From positions 9,920,001 through 9,984,000 of the forward strand of contig JBNRSN020000010.1 in NCBI GenBank assembly GCA_051313645.2: 64,000 nt of DNA, given 5' to 3'. The notes beneath the pieces were generated by a model. The model saw nothing but the letters and a program-made list of their open reading frames with translations. It did not search any database and was not told the DNA's origin. The translations under genes were made by a program, and so were the position numbers. This DNA is from Centroscyllium fabricii. Its lineage: Eukaryota. This document shows, one piece after another, positions 1-13,330 of the stretch; within the stretch, counting starts at the first letter, position 1, and each line of letters begins with the position of its first letter.

Positions 1-3000
1 TCACCCTAAACTTACACTAGATGTTGCCGTGCCCATCCTGTCTCAATTATACGCCTACCTTTACACTAGCTGTCACCGAGGCCCTCCTCTCCCATACTAC
101 ATCTACACAGATACTAGATTGGACCATGTCCCTCCTGTCGCAGTGCTGCCCGTACAAACACACTACATGTGCACGTCACTCTCCTGTCCCTGTGCTACAT
201 TTACACATATAATAGATGTGACAGTGCACCTACTTTCTCCGTGCTACATCTACATTTACATTAGATGTGACTGTGCCCATTCTGTCCATTTTTTATAACT
301 AAAATGACTCAGGATTTGACCATGCCGCTCCTGTCCCAGTGTTTCCCCTACACTGACACCAGATGTAAGTGTGCCATCATCTCCCAGTGGGAACTCTTCA
401 AGTAAATAAGATGTAATCGTGCCCACCCTCTCTCAATGCTGCCTATAAACGTAGACCAGATGTGACTGTGCTCCTCCTTTCCCTGTATTTCCCATAAACT
501 TGCACTAGATGCAAACGTGTACCTCCTGTCCCAGTGCTGCCCCGACACTTGCAGCAGCTGGGAACATGTCGCTCTTGTGCAGTGCTACGCATACACATGC
601 AGGAAATCTGACCGCGCCCCTCCTGTACCGGTGTTACCACTACATTTGCACGAGATATGACGGTACCAACATTGACATAGTGTTACGCATCCACTGATGC
701 TAGATATGACCATGCCTCTCCTGCCGCATTGTTAGTCCTACACTTGCACTGGATGGAACTATGCCTCTCCTTACCCAGTGTTACCGCTACTTTTAAACTA
801 GATCTGAGCGGACTCCCGCAGTTCCAGTGCTACCCCAACATTTACACTAGATGCGACCGATGCTTCCCATTCCAGAAACAGCCCATATACGGACATGATT
901 TGTGAAAGTTCCCCTCCTATCCCTGTGTTACCCCAACATTGACACAAGTTGTTACCGTTTCTCTCATTTCCGTTTTCTTATATACTATTACACTAGATGT
1001 GAATGTGACCCAACTGTCCCAGTGTCACCCATACACTTTTAATAGTTGTGACAGTGTCACTTCTGTTCCAGCTACCCCTAAACTGAAATTAAATGTGATG
1101 GTACCGCTCCTCTTTCAGCGATTGCCCTATACTGAGAGTAAATGTGTCCACTCCCCTCCTGTCCAAGTGCTACCCCTACTGTTCCAATAGATGTTCCTGC
1201 GCCCCTCCTGTCCAAGTGTTTCCCTGACACTCTTACTAGATGTGATCTTGACCCTCCTGTCCCAGCTTCCACTACACTGAAACTAGATATGATTGTACCT
1301 CTCCAGTGCCAGCACTTCCCGACAACTGATACTACATATATCCATGTCCCTCCTGTCCCAGTGCTACCCATGCACTTAGGTTCAATGTGACAGTGCCCTC
1401 CTGAATCTCTGTTAGTCCTATACTTTAAAGTAACGTGTGTATGCCCCTCCTCTCCAGTTTACCTTCTACACTGACACTAGAAGTTGACCGTGCCATTCCT
1501 GTCCCTGTTTTACCCCTACATTTACACGAGAGGTGTCCGTGCCCGTTCGGTTCAAGCGCTAGCCCTACCCTGACACAAAGTGTGAGCGTGGCCCTCCAGT
1601 CCCATGCTACCCATACGATTACACTAGATGTGACTGGGGCCCTACAGTTTCAGTGTTACCTCTACACTGACACTAGATGTGAGCCTGCCCATGATTCCCT
1701 AATTTCAACTCTAAACATACACTCGATGTGACCGTGACCCTGCTGTCGCGGTGCTAACTCTACACTTACATTAGATGTGATTTTGATCCTCCTGTCCCAG
1801 CTACGCTTACAGTGAAACTAGCTGGGACTGTATAGCTCCTGTGCCAGCGCTACCGCTAAACTGATACTAAATGTGTCCGTGCCCCTCTTGTCCCAGTGCT
1901 AACCCCACAATTAAACTAGGTGTGACCATGCCCCTCCTTTTGCTGCTTTAGCCATACACTGGCAAAATAAGTGAGAGTGTCACTCGTGTCCCATTGTTAA
2001 CCCCACTAGTACACTAGATGTGATCATGCCCCTCCTTTTGCTGCTATAGCCATTCACTGACAACAAACGCGAGAGTGTCACTCGTGGCCAAATGTTACAG
2101 CCACACTTCCACTAGAGATGACCGTGCCTCTCCTGTCCCAGTGTTATCCCTACACAGACATTTCAGGAAACCGTGTACCCCCCAACCGTCTTTCTGAATC
2201 ACCTACACTGACACTGGTTGTGACAGTGTAACTCCTGTCGCAGTGGGAACACTACACTGACAGTAGATGTTCTAAGCCCATCCTGTGCCAGTGCTACAGA
2301 TACACATACTCTAGATGTTACCATATCCCTGCTTTCCCTAGTGACCACTACATTTGCATTAGCTCTGACCGTATCACTATTGTCCCAGTAACACCCCTAC
2401 ACTTACACGAAATGTGATCATGGCTATCCTGCCCCATTGCTATTCCTACAGGTGCGCTAGATGTGACCGAGGCACTCCTATCCCAGAGCTGCCATACACA
2501 GACACGAATTATGACAGTGCCCCACCTGTCCCTGTGTTACCCCTACAATGACACTACATGTGACTCTGTCTCTGCTATGCCAGTTTGTCCCCTACTTTTG
2601 CACTAGACTTGATCTTGCCGCTCCAGCCCATATGCTACTCCGAAACTGAATCTAGATGTGATGGTACCACTCCTGTCCCAGCCTTTCCACTATTCTGACA
2701 CTAGATTAGACCGTGCCCCTCATGTCACACTGCATCCCCTACTCTTACACAATATGTGATCGTCACCCTCCTTTAACAGTGTTAGCCTTGATCTTAAACA
2801 AAATGTGACCGGGCCCCTTCTGTCATAGTGTTAGACATACACTCACACTTCATTTGACCTTGCCCCACCTGTCCCAGTGTTAAATCTACACTTACATTAG
2901 ATATGACCATGGCTCTCCTGTCCCAGTATACCCCTACACCTATGTTAGATATGACCATAACCCTGTAGTCCCAGTGTTGATAATACACTCACAAAAGTTG

Positions 3001-3575
3001 TGTGAGTGCCCCCATTTCCCAGGTTTCCCTCGACTCTGTATCTAGATGTGACGGTACCCCTCCTGTCCCAGTGTCATCCGTATACTGTCATTAGATATGT
3101 CCGTGCCCCTCATTTCCCAGTGCTACCCCTAAGCATACCATAGATGTGATCGTCCCCCTCCTGTCCCAGAGTAACCCCTACACTTACACTAGCTCTGACT
3201 TCCCCCCCCCCCCCCCCGTACCAGAGTTACCAATTCACGTACACCAGATGAAACCGTACCCTCAAGTACCACAGTTACGATTAGAATCACTCCAGATGTG
3301 ACCGTGTCCCTCTTGTCCCAGATTTACCTATACACTGACACTAGTTGTGACCGGCCACCTCTGGTACCAGAGGTAGACCTACACTGAAGCTGTATGTGAC
3401 AGTTCCCTTCCTGTCCCAGTGCTACACCACAACTAACACTAGATGTGACCGTGCCCCGCTGGCACCAGTGTTAGTCCAACACAGACACTAGATGTGACAA
3501 TTCCCTTCCTGTCCCATTATTACCCCATAACGAGCACTAGATGTGACTGTGCCCTTCCTGTCCCATTGTGACTGT
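1..3575 (+). repeat. 49-bp satellite/minisatellite array, copy A (runs off the left edge)
   Basis: Degenerate monomer of approximate consensus CACTAGATGTGACCGTGCCCCTCCTGTCCCAGTGTTACCCCTACACTGA. The ACTAGATG-like anchor recurs about every 49 nt (near 16, 65, 113, 162...). The + strand is C-rich. Confidence 0.95.
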
Positions 3576-3579
3576 GTTC

Positions 3580-3794
3580 CATTGCTGACTGACATCACAT
3601 GAGCTTCACCAGCGCGCTGAGGTAGCGCCTCGTTCCTCGCCCTTTGCCCCTTAAGAAAGGTGTGAGGCACCTGGTTAATCGCTGCAAGGGCTATAAGAGC
3701 CAATTTTGAACTGAGCGATAGTTAACATCAAGTGCTAAACATTGTGCATGGCTGATAATCGCGCCCCAAATGGGGCGATACTGAAGTTTTCCCT
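3580..3794 (-). mobile_element. Terminal fragment of a PIF/Harbinger-type DNA transposon abutting the satellite
   Basis: The reverse complement (gagggaaaacttcagtatcgccccatttggggcgcg...) resembles the element end at 15070 (ggggaaacgttggcgatcgccacgtttggggcgca...). It is also present in copy B at about 57295-57524. Confidence 0.5.
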
Positions 3795-4482
3795 CATTAT
3801 AACTTGTAGCAATTCTTCTCGTCTTTGGCAGTCTTTCGGAACCGAGGACGACCTGGCTGCACATTAAGAATGATTTCGCAGGTGACTGATTTGTCCAATG
3901 CCGGAGCTGCAGTCTCTATTCCTTTTAAGTATAATTTTTAAACTGGTCCTTCGGATACAACAGCTGTCTTGATTCTTGCTTGTGACAATTGGAGATTTAA
4001 TTACTGATTCCAGAAAGGCTAAATGTCGAATCGCTTAGAATCGAACATCTCACATATAGATTCTTACACACACACAATCTAGTGACGTTAGGAAAGTGTA
4101 GTGAAAATAATTAATTTGTAGCTTTCTGTTGGCGATGTTTGTGTTTTTTTTGATACTGAAAAATGTGAAGAATATATTTGATAGCTTGGACACTAACCGA
4201 AACTTCAGGCCCATGCAGAGGGAGACCAAATCAAACACCTCCACATCCAGATAGCCAGAAAGGACATAAATGGGTCAATATAAAGTAGTTCATGCTGCAT
4301 CATCTTTCGACATCACTGTGTGTACAGACGTGAGGCGCTGCACATGAAGCAAGCAACAAGTGATTTGCATGATGCAGATGCCTGAAGAACGGTTCCATGA
4401 CATGGCCAATCACGCTGACATCACCAGTACATTAAAATGTAAATGTAGCTCTTATTATTGAGAATTTATATTAAATAATTTG

Positions 4483-5168
4483 TCTGGCATTTTCCTCTGG
4501 CGGGAGTAGGCCTGTAATCTGGAAATATCTGCGCATTTATCCAAGGACTTCCGCTCCTGGGCCTCACCAATCTCGAAGTGTGCAGTGCCCACCGATCCCA
4601 AGGTGCATGTAGGTCGCAGCGTCACTGGGACCACGTGGCAAGGGCGGTGCAATCACAGAAGTGAATCTCCCTTCATACATTTGACACGAAGACCTGCCAA
4701 ATACACGAATGGACCTCAGCAAAAAATCCTAGATAAACGTTAAATATTTTTCTTTACATTGAATTTTTTAATTGTACCGAAATTTCAATAAATTACATAA
4801 ATGAATTATTTTTTGAAAAAATATAGAATGATTTTTATGGGGCTAAAATAAACTTACAAGTTTTGAAAAAGTGTCCAGACACTAAACGTTGACTGTATTT
4901 CTCTCTTCGTGGATCTTGTCTGGCCTGCTGATTTCTTTCCAGGATTGCCAGTTGTTATTACCTTTATTAAAGAATTTTGAAATGATAAATCAGTGAAAAC
5001 ATTTATTTTTATTTTTTTCGACTCGTATCCTGATGACAGTAGAGCTTACGCCTGCTTATACCAGGCTTAAGAATTGTAAGGACAATGTGCCGGTCCAATG
5101 TCTCCAAAAAGCTGAACTATCCACGCGCAGAGGCCCTTCTCCTGCATCCGGAGGATCTTTCAAAACCA
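4483..5168. mobile_element. Degenerate MITE-like element with a nested Penelope-type 3' fragment (about 4860-4960)
   Basis: GC-rich arms around an AT-rich core, as in the MITEs at 35223 and 38806. The nested segment aaacgttgactgtatttctctc...gcctgctga...ccag resembles the common shark Penelope tail. Present in copy B at about 58215-58905. Confidence 0.4.
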
Positions 5169-5399
5169 TTCTTCACTGATTGGAAATAACGATATCCAGG
5201 TCATGCGCTGTCCATGTCTGAAACCAGCCCTTACAAGACAAGATCATTTTATTGCCATATGTAACTCGTACAATTGAATGCTTACTCCCCATTCGCTCCC
5301 ACACTTATAAATGAAGAAAAGCAAAAAGTAAAAAGGTAAGAACAAGTATAAATATAGAAACAAATAGTAATCAGATAAACAAATAAATAACGAGTGCCG

Positions 5400-8288
5400 T
5401 TAGCAGTTCAGTAGGCACACTGCCTGTGGGTAAAAAGTGTTTTTGAAACTGCTGGTCCTGGTTCGGATGCTGCGGTACCGACGGCCGGATCGCAGGAGGG
5501 AGAACAGATCGTGCCCAGGGTGATTGGGGACCTTGATAATGGCGTGGGCCTTGTTCCGACATCTGGTCTGGAAGATCTCCTCGATAGATGGAAGTGCACA
5601 CCCGATAATATTTTCTGCCGTCCTCACGACCCTCTGAATGGCTTTCCTGTCCTGAGCAGTGGTGTTACCATACCACGCAGTGACGCCACCCGACAAGACA
5701 CTCTCTATGGTTCTGCGGTAAAAGTTCACAAGCCATTGTGTGCTTATGCCGCATTTCCTCAGGCACCGCAGGGGGTAGAGGCACTGGTGTGCCTTCTTCA
5801 GCATTGCCTCGGTATTAAAGTTCCAAGTCAGATCGTCAGAGATCTGCAGACCTAGGAATCGGAAGCAGCTGACTATTTCTACCGGTGACCCACCTATGAT
5901 AATTGGTCGCTGGTTCTTTTGATGGTGTCTGAAGTCCACGATGAGTTCCTTAGTCTTGCTGACGTTCAGGGCAAGATTGTTATCCTTACAGCATCTCATC
6001 AGCTGAACTACCTCATCCCTGTACTCCGTCTCGTCCTCATTGCTAATCAGGGCAATTACCGTGGTGTCATCGGCAAACTTTATTATCCGGTTGTTGCTCT
6101 GTTGGGCTGTACAATCGTTTGTAAACAGAGAGTACAGCCGAGGACTGAGGCAGCAGCCCGGTGGCGCTCCGGTATTGAGGACCAGTGTGGGGGAGGTGTT
6201 GTTCCCTATTTTCACCACTTGAGGCCTACCAGTCAGGAAGTCCAGAATCCAGTTGCAGATGGGGGTGCCCAGACTTAGGTCCTTCAGTTTCATGATTAGC
6301 TTAGAGGGAACAATGGTATTAAATGCAGAACTGTAGTCGATGAAAAACAGTCTGACATAGGTCTCCCTTCTATCTAGGTGTTCTAGGACAGTGTGCAGTT
6401 TTAGGGAGATTGCGTCGTCCACAGACCTGTTTGCCCTGTATGCGAACTGGAATGGATCCAAGGAATCAGGGATGATGCTGTTTATGTGTGTCATGACCAG
6501 CTTTTCCAGGCACTTCATAGCTATGGATGTTAGAGCTACCGGTCGATAGTCAATGAGACCCGTTACCTTGGTCTTCTTTGGTAATGGCACAATAATTGTC
6601 TCCTTAAAACACACTGGCACGACAGACTGCTGTAGTGAGATGTTAAAAATGTCTGTGAACACAGGAGCCAGCTGGTCTGCACATGTCTTGAAGACGCGGG
6701 ATGGAACTCCGTCTGGACCGGCTGCCTTTCGTGCCTTCACCCTCCTGAAAGTTTTGCAGACCTCGGACTCAGTTACTTGTAGTCTGTAGTTCTCTGGGTG
6801 AGTAGGTTTTTTTTTGGCCTGCTCAGTATTATCCCTATCAAAGCGAGCATAAAAGATGTTCAGCTCGTCTGGTAGGGAGGGATCAGTGTTGATGACACCC
6901 GCTGATCTTTCCTTGCAGTTGGTGATGGCCCTCAGTCCCTGCCACATGCGTCTGGCATCGGAACCCCCGCCGTACAGTGACTCCAGTTTATCCCTGAAGT
7001 CTCTTTTTGCTGTTTTCATCGCTCTTATAAGGTAATACTTGGCCTTCTTGTAGACTTCGCTCTCCCCTGATTTAAAAGCGGAGTGTCGATCTCTTAGTTT
7101 GTTATAGATGTTTGAATTCATCCACGGTTTGCGGTTGGGAAATGAATGGACAGAATTGGTAGGAAAACAGTCATCTATCAGTTTGTTGATGTATCCATTG
7201 ACGTGGTCAGCATACACATCTAGGTCTGGGTTCTTGAAGACGCTCCAATCTGTTTTTTCCAGCCCGCCCTGCAGTTTAAGTTCATTGTCCGCTGTCCAGA
7301 TTCTTATTGTTTTCATTATTATCAGTGTGTTTTTTAACTTCTGTTTATAAACAGGAAGTAGAAGGGCGGAGGCGTGGTCTGACTTGCCGAAGCCCGGCCG
7401 AGCAATGGCACGGAAGGCATGTTGAATTGTAGTATAGCACTGATCCAGAGTTTTTCCATTTCTTGTTAGACAGAAGATGTTTTGAAAGTATTTTGGCATA
7501 ACTTTCTTTAGGTTGCAGTGATTAAAGTCTCCTGAAATGATGGAAACTGCCTCGGGATACCGGTTCTGAACTTTACTGATCTCACTGTAAAGTTCGCTCA
7601 ATGCAGAGTTTTCATTGGCTCGTGTTTGAATGTAAACAGCAGACATAAGAATAGCAGAGATTTCCCTCAGTAGATAAAAAGGGCGACACTTGATTGTTAA
7701 TAGTTCCAAGTTGGCTGTACAGTGCTGTGAAAGTACCTGGACATCTGTACACCATTTGTTGTTAATCAGGCAGCAGATACCGCCGCCTCTGTTCTTCCCC
7801 GTAGAGTCAAACGTCCTGTCGGTCCTAAGCAAAGCAAATCCCTGGGGCTGCACCTCATCATCAGGTATCATGGAGGTTAACCACGACTCTGTTAGAATCA
7901 TTACACAGCACTCCCTAATGACGCGCTGTGAGGCGATGCGGCAATTCAGCTCGTCAATCTTGTTGACCAGAGATTGAACATTTGCAAGGAGAATGCTGGG
8001 CAAGGCTGGTTTCCAACCCCGTCGGCACAATCTAACTAGCAGGCCTGCCCGTGACCCCCGAATGTGGGCCCATTTGCACTTACTTCCGTGAGCCTGATAG
8101 TTCTGGTCGAGGGGTGGGCTCATCTGCCCCCGCTGCACTCTGTTGGCTCTCAGTACCTCCACAGGTAAGTCCTTAGTTAACTTGCTTGTTGTCCTCTCTG
8201 TCTTTACATAAAAATCAGCTGAGATGTTCCGTAAGTCCAAGAGAGCTTAGCGACTGTATCTAACAACTTTCACGCTCAGACCAGACAT
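5400..8288 (-). pseudogene. APE endonuclease + reverse transcriptase ORF of the Rex1/Babar element (946 aa still open)
   Basis: APE motifs LANVQSL, LTESW, GDFN and SDH. RT motifs YRPVAL, FIDYSSAFNTI and KFADD. An in-frame ATG at 8288 (MSGLSVKVVRYSR*ALLDLR) is cut off by TAA at 8249-8247, and the canonical PQG reads PPG. Confidence 0.9.
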
Positions 8289-8466
8289 GTTAATAGTTAG
8301 TTGGTTAATAAAAAATAATAAATAGATAGCTTCAAATATTACAATAAAAAAATATTACAGTAAATAAATAGAGCTTTAAATATTACAATAAAATATTACA
8401 ATAAAAAAAACCAGTGAGGCAACCAGGCCTCAGAGTGATGGCAGTAACAACAGACCTATAGCAGAT

Positions 8467-8783
8467 GAGGCAGCCAATCAGAAGCGTTGATCCGACGACG
8501 GCAAGGCAGACAGGTCCAGAGCGGCAGCAGCAGCAGCAGCTGAGTCACGACAGGCAACGGCCAAGAGGAGAACGACCAGTGGCAGCCAAGCAGAAGCGTT
8601 GGTCCAACCGCCAAGGCAGGCAGGACCAGAGCGGCAGCAGCAGCGGAAGCAGCAGCTGAGTCACGGCAGGCAAGGCAACGGCAACGGCCAAGAGGAGAAC
8701 GACCAGAGGCAGCCAAGCAGAAAAGAGGCAGCCAAGCAGAAGACGGCAAGGCAGGCAGGTCCAGAGCGGCAGCAGCAGCTGAG
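8467..8783. repeat. About 2.7 copies of a ~110-125-bp CAG-rich unit in the LINE 5' UTR
   Basis: The unit ggcagccaa.cagaagcgtt...gagcggcagcagcagc...ctgagtcacg...ggccaagaggagaacgacca starts near 8467, 8579 and 8706. Confidence 0.85.
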
Positions 8784-10084
8784 AGAGTCGAGACAATCAG
8801 TCCCAGGGCAAGTAAGCCCAAAAAATCGGCGAAATGATATGAGGCGAGGCAGGTAAACCCCGAAGACATGGCAGCCAGGCAGAGAAGACGATGCCAGTAG
8901 ACCCAGAGCTAAGGCAGGTTGGCCCAGAAGCAACGGTTCGCCTTTTTGTTATAAATGAAAAGTAAAGGTAAAAGTTACATTAAAACAAGAGTGTGGTAGC
9001 TTCACAGAGACACGTCTGCTCTTCTCCAGCGCCGTGTTCCTTCTGCAGCACCGGAAATGACACCGCATCCCATATCACTGAAGATGGGAACACAGCGCGT
9101 ACCCTCCCATAGGTATCAGAATATCTGGTCCAAGAGGCAGAGATCTGCGTCACAGAATATGTCAAGATATATAAATGGTGCGGATGAGAAGTTGTTTTTT
9201 GACGGCCGTGAGTGCTGTAATGCGCACAGAGGGGCACTGTAAGGAATTGATTAATCAGACTCTCCTGAAATCTGTTAATGTTATATTGAATTGCTTTCTC
9301 TTTATAATTGTTTAATGTTAGCCTTCAGCCTTTTCCAATTAAGCAGCAATTTATAAGATTACTTAAAGTTACGCTTGGCTGATGGGCCAGGACTGACCCT
9401 GCAACAATTGTAAATATAAGGACGAAGCAAACATATATTTAATTTAAGGGATTTCATCCCAAACTGATTCATATATTTCAGAGAATATTACTCATTTGAT
9501 AACGCGTGGGAAGGTTTTCTTCTGCAAATGAAATATCTGGACATATATCTTCATTTTTGCTTGACATCAATAATAAAGAATAAAGCATGACTTATCACTA
9601 AAGGTTTCACTTGGTATAACTGCAATTCGATGGAGCCAGAGCGAAACTAATCATCAGGTAATGAACTAAGGCTATAAGAAGCGTTAGCCCAATATAAAAA
9701 AACATCTCCTTCAGTAAAGAAACTTCTTAATTGATAAAGGCAAAGTTAATTGAATACATTTCCCCAATGTTCCCAGGCTCTGCCAATCCGGCTGGCAGTC
9801 AGATTCTGGGGGAAGTGATTGTGAATTGCGTGTACTATTGTTTCTAACGGGGGAATCATATTTAACTGGATTCCGATGCCAACTGTAGATGAGGCAGGAG
9901 TTAGGCACATGTTTTAATTCTATTAGTCAGCGATGTACCTGCATTAAGCTACAATCGCGAGATGGCGATGTTTTATCAACCACATCATTTAATATCAACA
10001 TGGAAACAGAAATCAATGGCACAAACCAGTTAGCCATTAAGTTACTCTGTCGAATTAATCCCTTATTGTTGTGATTCCGCACGC

Positions 10085-10500
10085 CTTGTTCCTAATTAAG
10101 TAATTGTGTTACCATGAGAATTTCCATTAATAACTAAACAGTTACTGTGTTTCCGGGAGATTCCGTGCCCACTCTTTGTTATGAAACAGGAACGGTGTTC
10201 CCCGGTCACCTACTTCTATTTGCTTGATTATTAAGCTTCATGTTCCCAATTTCCAATTAAACCTGTACTCCCAATTTCCCTTGTTTCCGATTTAAAATTA
10301 AACAGTTAATCTGCTACCCTAATCTCCCTATTTCTAAATAAATGGTTACAGTGTTACAGTAAAGTAACTTTTATTCTGTTTCTAATTGCAGAGTTAATGT
10401 GTTCCGCATAATTTGCCAGTCCTCTATTTCTAATGAAACAGTTGCTGTATTCCACTAAATTCACCAGAATTGTATTTGTAAATAACAGCTACTGTGTTAC
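10085..10500. repeat. Degenerate AT-rich tandem repeat, period mostly ~49 bp
   Basis: The core TATTTCTAATTAAACAGTTACTGTGTTCC recurs near 10132, 10182, 10297, 10332, 10381, 10430 and 10478. A homologous block sits at about 59990-60420. Confidence 0.65.
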
Positions 10501-10519
10501 GGTGGAATCCCCGATGTTA

Positions 10520-12060
10520 CCCCTCTTGAGTTGTGTCGTTTCTGATCTAATATTGTTGATGTGATATTCTCCACTCTATTCCAACTAAATGCCATAAAAT
10601 GGCTGACTACTCAACTTCTGTTCCTAGACCCCATGCTTGCTGAAGCTACGAACGTTTATCTCTGCTCTGAAACTACGCGTCTCCCTTTGAAATTTGCAGC
10701 CTCACGCACCTCCTAAGACAGGCAGCTTGACTCTTCTATCTTTGCAAAGTATCAACCCATCTGCAAGCACCTACTCCTCCCCAAAACGCTTGAACGTACT
10801 GTTGCCTCCCAAATCCGTGAGCATCTTTCCACAACTCCAATTTTGCATCGCTCCGATCCGTTTTCTGCCTTTCCCAACGCACTAAAACGCCCTTTGTCAA
10901 TGTCACAAATAACATCCTTTCTGATTGTGATCCTGGTAAAATATCATGTCTCATTATTGCTGTCCTTGATAAGGTTGGCCTCACCATGGTTCCAAAGCCT
11001 CTCCGCCATTTCATGTATTGACCTGGTTCCACACTTTCCTATGCAGTAAGCGCCAGATAGTAGCCTGCAAAGCTTTTAGCTGTGCGCTGTCGCACTGTTC
11101 CGTCTGGTGATCACCAAAGGTTATGCTATTTCATCCTCCGATTCCTCATCTACATCTTGCACATTGCGATCTCATCCCGGAACACGTCAGATTCCACATG
11201 CTGCCGACATGTTCTCGTACACTGCACTGTTTCTGTGTTTTCAAACCAGCTTTCTGAACTGCAGTCGTGGGTGAGCCTTCAATTAAAGATTTGGCAGACT
11301 GAAGCTATTGTTAATGTTCCCAGCGACAAATTCCTTTCTCTATCCACCTATTAAATTTTGCTGCATGGCTAAATTCTCAGGCTGAACCAGCGTGATCTCA
11401 AACTCGGCGCCCAGCTCAGCTGCTGACCCCATGTCGACTCAATTTGACTGTGAATCATCTGCCAGCTCCGGCAGAGAGCTCCATGATTTTCTACCTCCAA
11501 ACGTGCCTATCCAATGCCATCCTCTCCAGGCACCCAGCTCACACGCTCTGTAAACTTAAGTTCCCCAAAGCACTGCAGCCCAAAAACTAACATGCAAGAA
11601 GACCCATTGACACATCACAATATTCTGGGTCAACTTATTTGCCTGTCGCTCCAGCAGCGTTTCCATTTAGAAACAGACACCCACGTTTTCAAGTCGCTCA
11701 ATTGCCTCGCCTTCCCAATCTCTGTAACATTATCCTACTTAATAGATCTATGAACTGTCATCATTGCTCCAACTCTAGCCACTTGTGCAGCTGTCAATTT
11801 ATTTTCACCCCCTATCGGCGGCTGTGCCTTCAGCTGCAAAGGCCCAAAATATGTAGAGCCCTGCCGTCACCTTTCCAGGTTTCTCAATTTCTTCATAATG
11901 CTCCTTAAAACGGAAGTATTTGTCCAAACCTTTCGTCATCTGTCCTAATGCCTCATTATTTGGCTCGGTATCCTGTTTATTCTGATTATGATAACGTGAC
12001 GCAGTTTGGGGCGTTTTGCTAAGTTAGTTGCATTATATAATGAACGACATTGTTGTTGTA
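10520..12060 (+). mobile_element. Ancient decayed L2 LINE (RT region and 3' tail)
   Basis: Remnants of L2 RT motifs (LDxSILAxYxPIxxLPxLxKxLERxVASQIRxHL; TxTAxxxVTNxILxDCDxGK) across shifting frames. The tail reads ttatataatgaacgacattgttgttgt. Confidence 0.7.
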
Positions 12061-12129
12061 ATGAACACTCCATCTTTGCCAGTGCCCCATCCCACATGTA
12101 GCTATATGCCGCATTTTTAAATAAAAGTG

Positions 12130-13330
12130 TGTGGACGAGGGAAAGGCAGTTTATGTCATATATATGGACTACAGCAAGGCGTTCGACAAGGTCACGCACG
12201 GTCGACTCATGAAGAAAGTAAGGAGTTGCAGCGTAAACAAAGAAGTAGTGGGATGGATTGAGAATTGGCTGGCTCAGAGAAAGCAGATGGTAGTGGTAGA
12301 GGGCCAATATTCGGGTTGGAGACCGGTCACCAGTGGTGTGCCACAGGGGTCGGTGTTGGGGCGACTACTATTTGAAATCTTTATCAATGACTTGGAGGAG
12401 GGGATGAGGGGTTGGTCAGCATATTTGCAGATGACACAAAGATTGGGGAGTAGTGGATGAGGAAGAAGGATGTAGAAGGTTTCAGAGGGATATAGATAGG
12501 ATGCCGAGCTGGGCTGAAGAATGGCAAATGGAGTTAAATACGGGGAAATGCGAGGTGATACAATTAGGTAGGGAAAATAGGAATAGGGAATATAGGGTCA
12601 ACGGCAGGGTCCTGAGCGAAGCAGAGGAGCAAAGAAATCTGGGAGTATATGTACACAGACCATTGAAGGCTGCCACCCAGGTGGATAAGGCAGTAAAAAA
12701 GGCCTATGGTGTATTGGCCTTCATCAACAGGGGAATAGAGTTAAAGAACCAGGAGGTCATGCTACAGCTGTACAGGTCACTGGTGAGACCACACTTGGAG
12801 TACTGTGTGCAGTTCTGGGCTCCGTACTACAGGAGGGATGTGGAGGCGTTGGTGAGGGTACAGAGGAGATTCACCAGGATGCTGCTGGGAATGGGGGGAA
12901 AGTCGTACGAGGAGAGTTTGAGGGAGCTGGGACTCTTCTCCCTGGAGTGGAGAAGGAAGAGGGGGGACTTAATAGAGATGTTTAAGATGATGAAGGGGAT
13001 CGATAGAGTAAACATGCAGAGACTGTTTCCCCGGGTGGGAAGAACGACAACAAGAGGGCACGAGCACAATATTCAAGGAGAAAGATTTGAAGGGATGGCA
13101 GGGGCAAGTTCTTTACACAGAGAGTGTTCGGGGAGTGGAATAGGATACCATCTGAAATAGTGGATGTGGACAGTCTGGGAGCTTTTAAAATGATGATAGA
13201 TAGGTACATGGAGGGGAAGGAAGAGTAGGGGGGACAGGAAAAATCAGAGACAGACTAAGCGCTGCACTACATTGAGAGCCCAAGGGCCTGTACAGTGCTG
13301 TAAGTTCAATGTTCTATGTTCAATGTTCTA
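12130..13330 (+). mobile_element. 5'-truncated CR1 LINE, private to copy A
   Basis: ORFs 12131-12460 and 12453-13160 give [21 protein letters not shown], (F)ADD after a frameshift, and LVRPHLEYCVQFW. The tail is a gttctat/gttcaat repeat. The empty site in copy B is ataacagtgagatgga (about 62708-62723). Confidence 0.92.

Larger units (their letters stand above)
5233..9066 (-). mobile_element. Apparently full-length Rex1/Babar-type (CR1/L2 group) non-LTR retrotransposon
   Basis: Absent from copy B (empty site gaaaccatcattaccgatatcac near 58960). The 3' end reads ggcaataaaatgatcttgtcttg and the 5' end ttccggtgctgcagaaggaacacggcgctggagaag. It carries a single APE-RT ORF. Confidence 0.9.

Noticed and set aside
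3202-3217. Long poly-C run in copy A
   Set aside because: It is a simple homopolymer expansion (or sequencing error) of the monomer C-run; copy B has a short run.
1-3575. Satellite as a CRISPR array or protein-coding repeat
   Set aside because: There is no constant-repeat/unique-spacer alternation and no cas genes, and the context is eukaryotic. The 49-bp unit is not a multiple of 3 and the short ORFs are bounded by frequent stops.
3815-3920. Possible RTE-type LINE 3' fragment (also about 57545-57645)
   Set aside because: The resemblance is from memory only, and the segment is too short and decayed to call without a search.
8456-8933. PolyQ/polyA-rich ORFs as an ORF1 or host gene
   Set aside because: They are translations of the CAG-rich UTR tandem repeat, open in several frames on both strands, with no domain.
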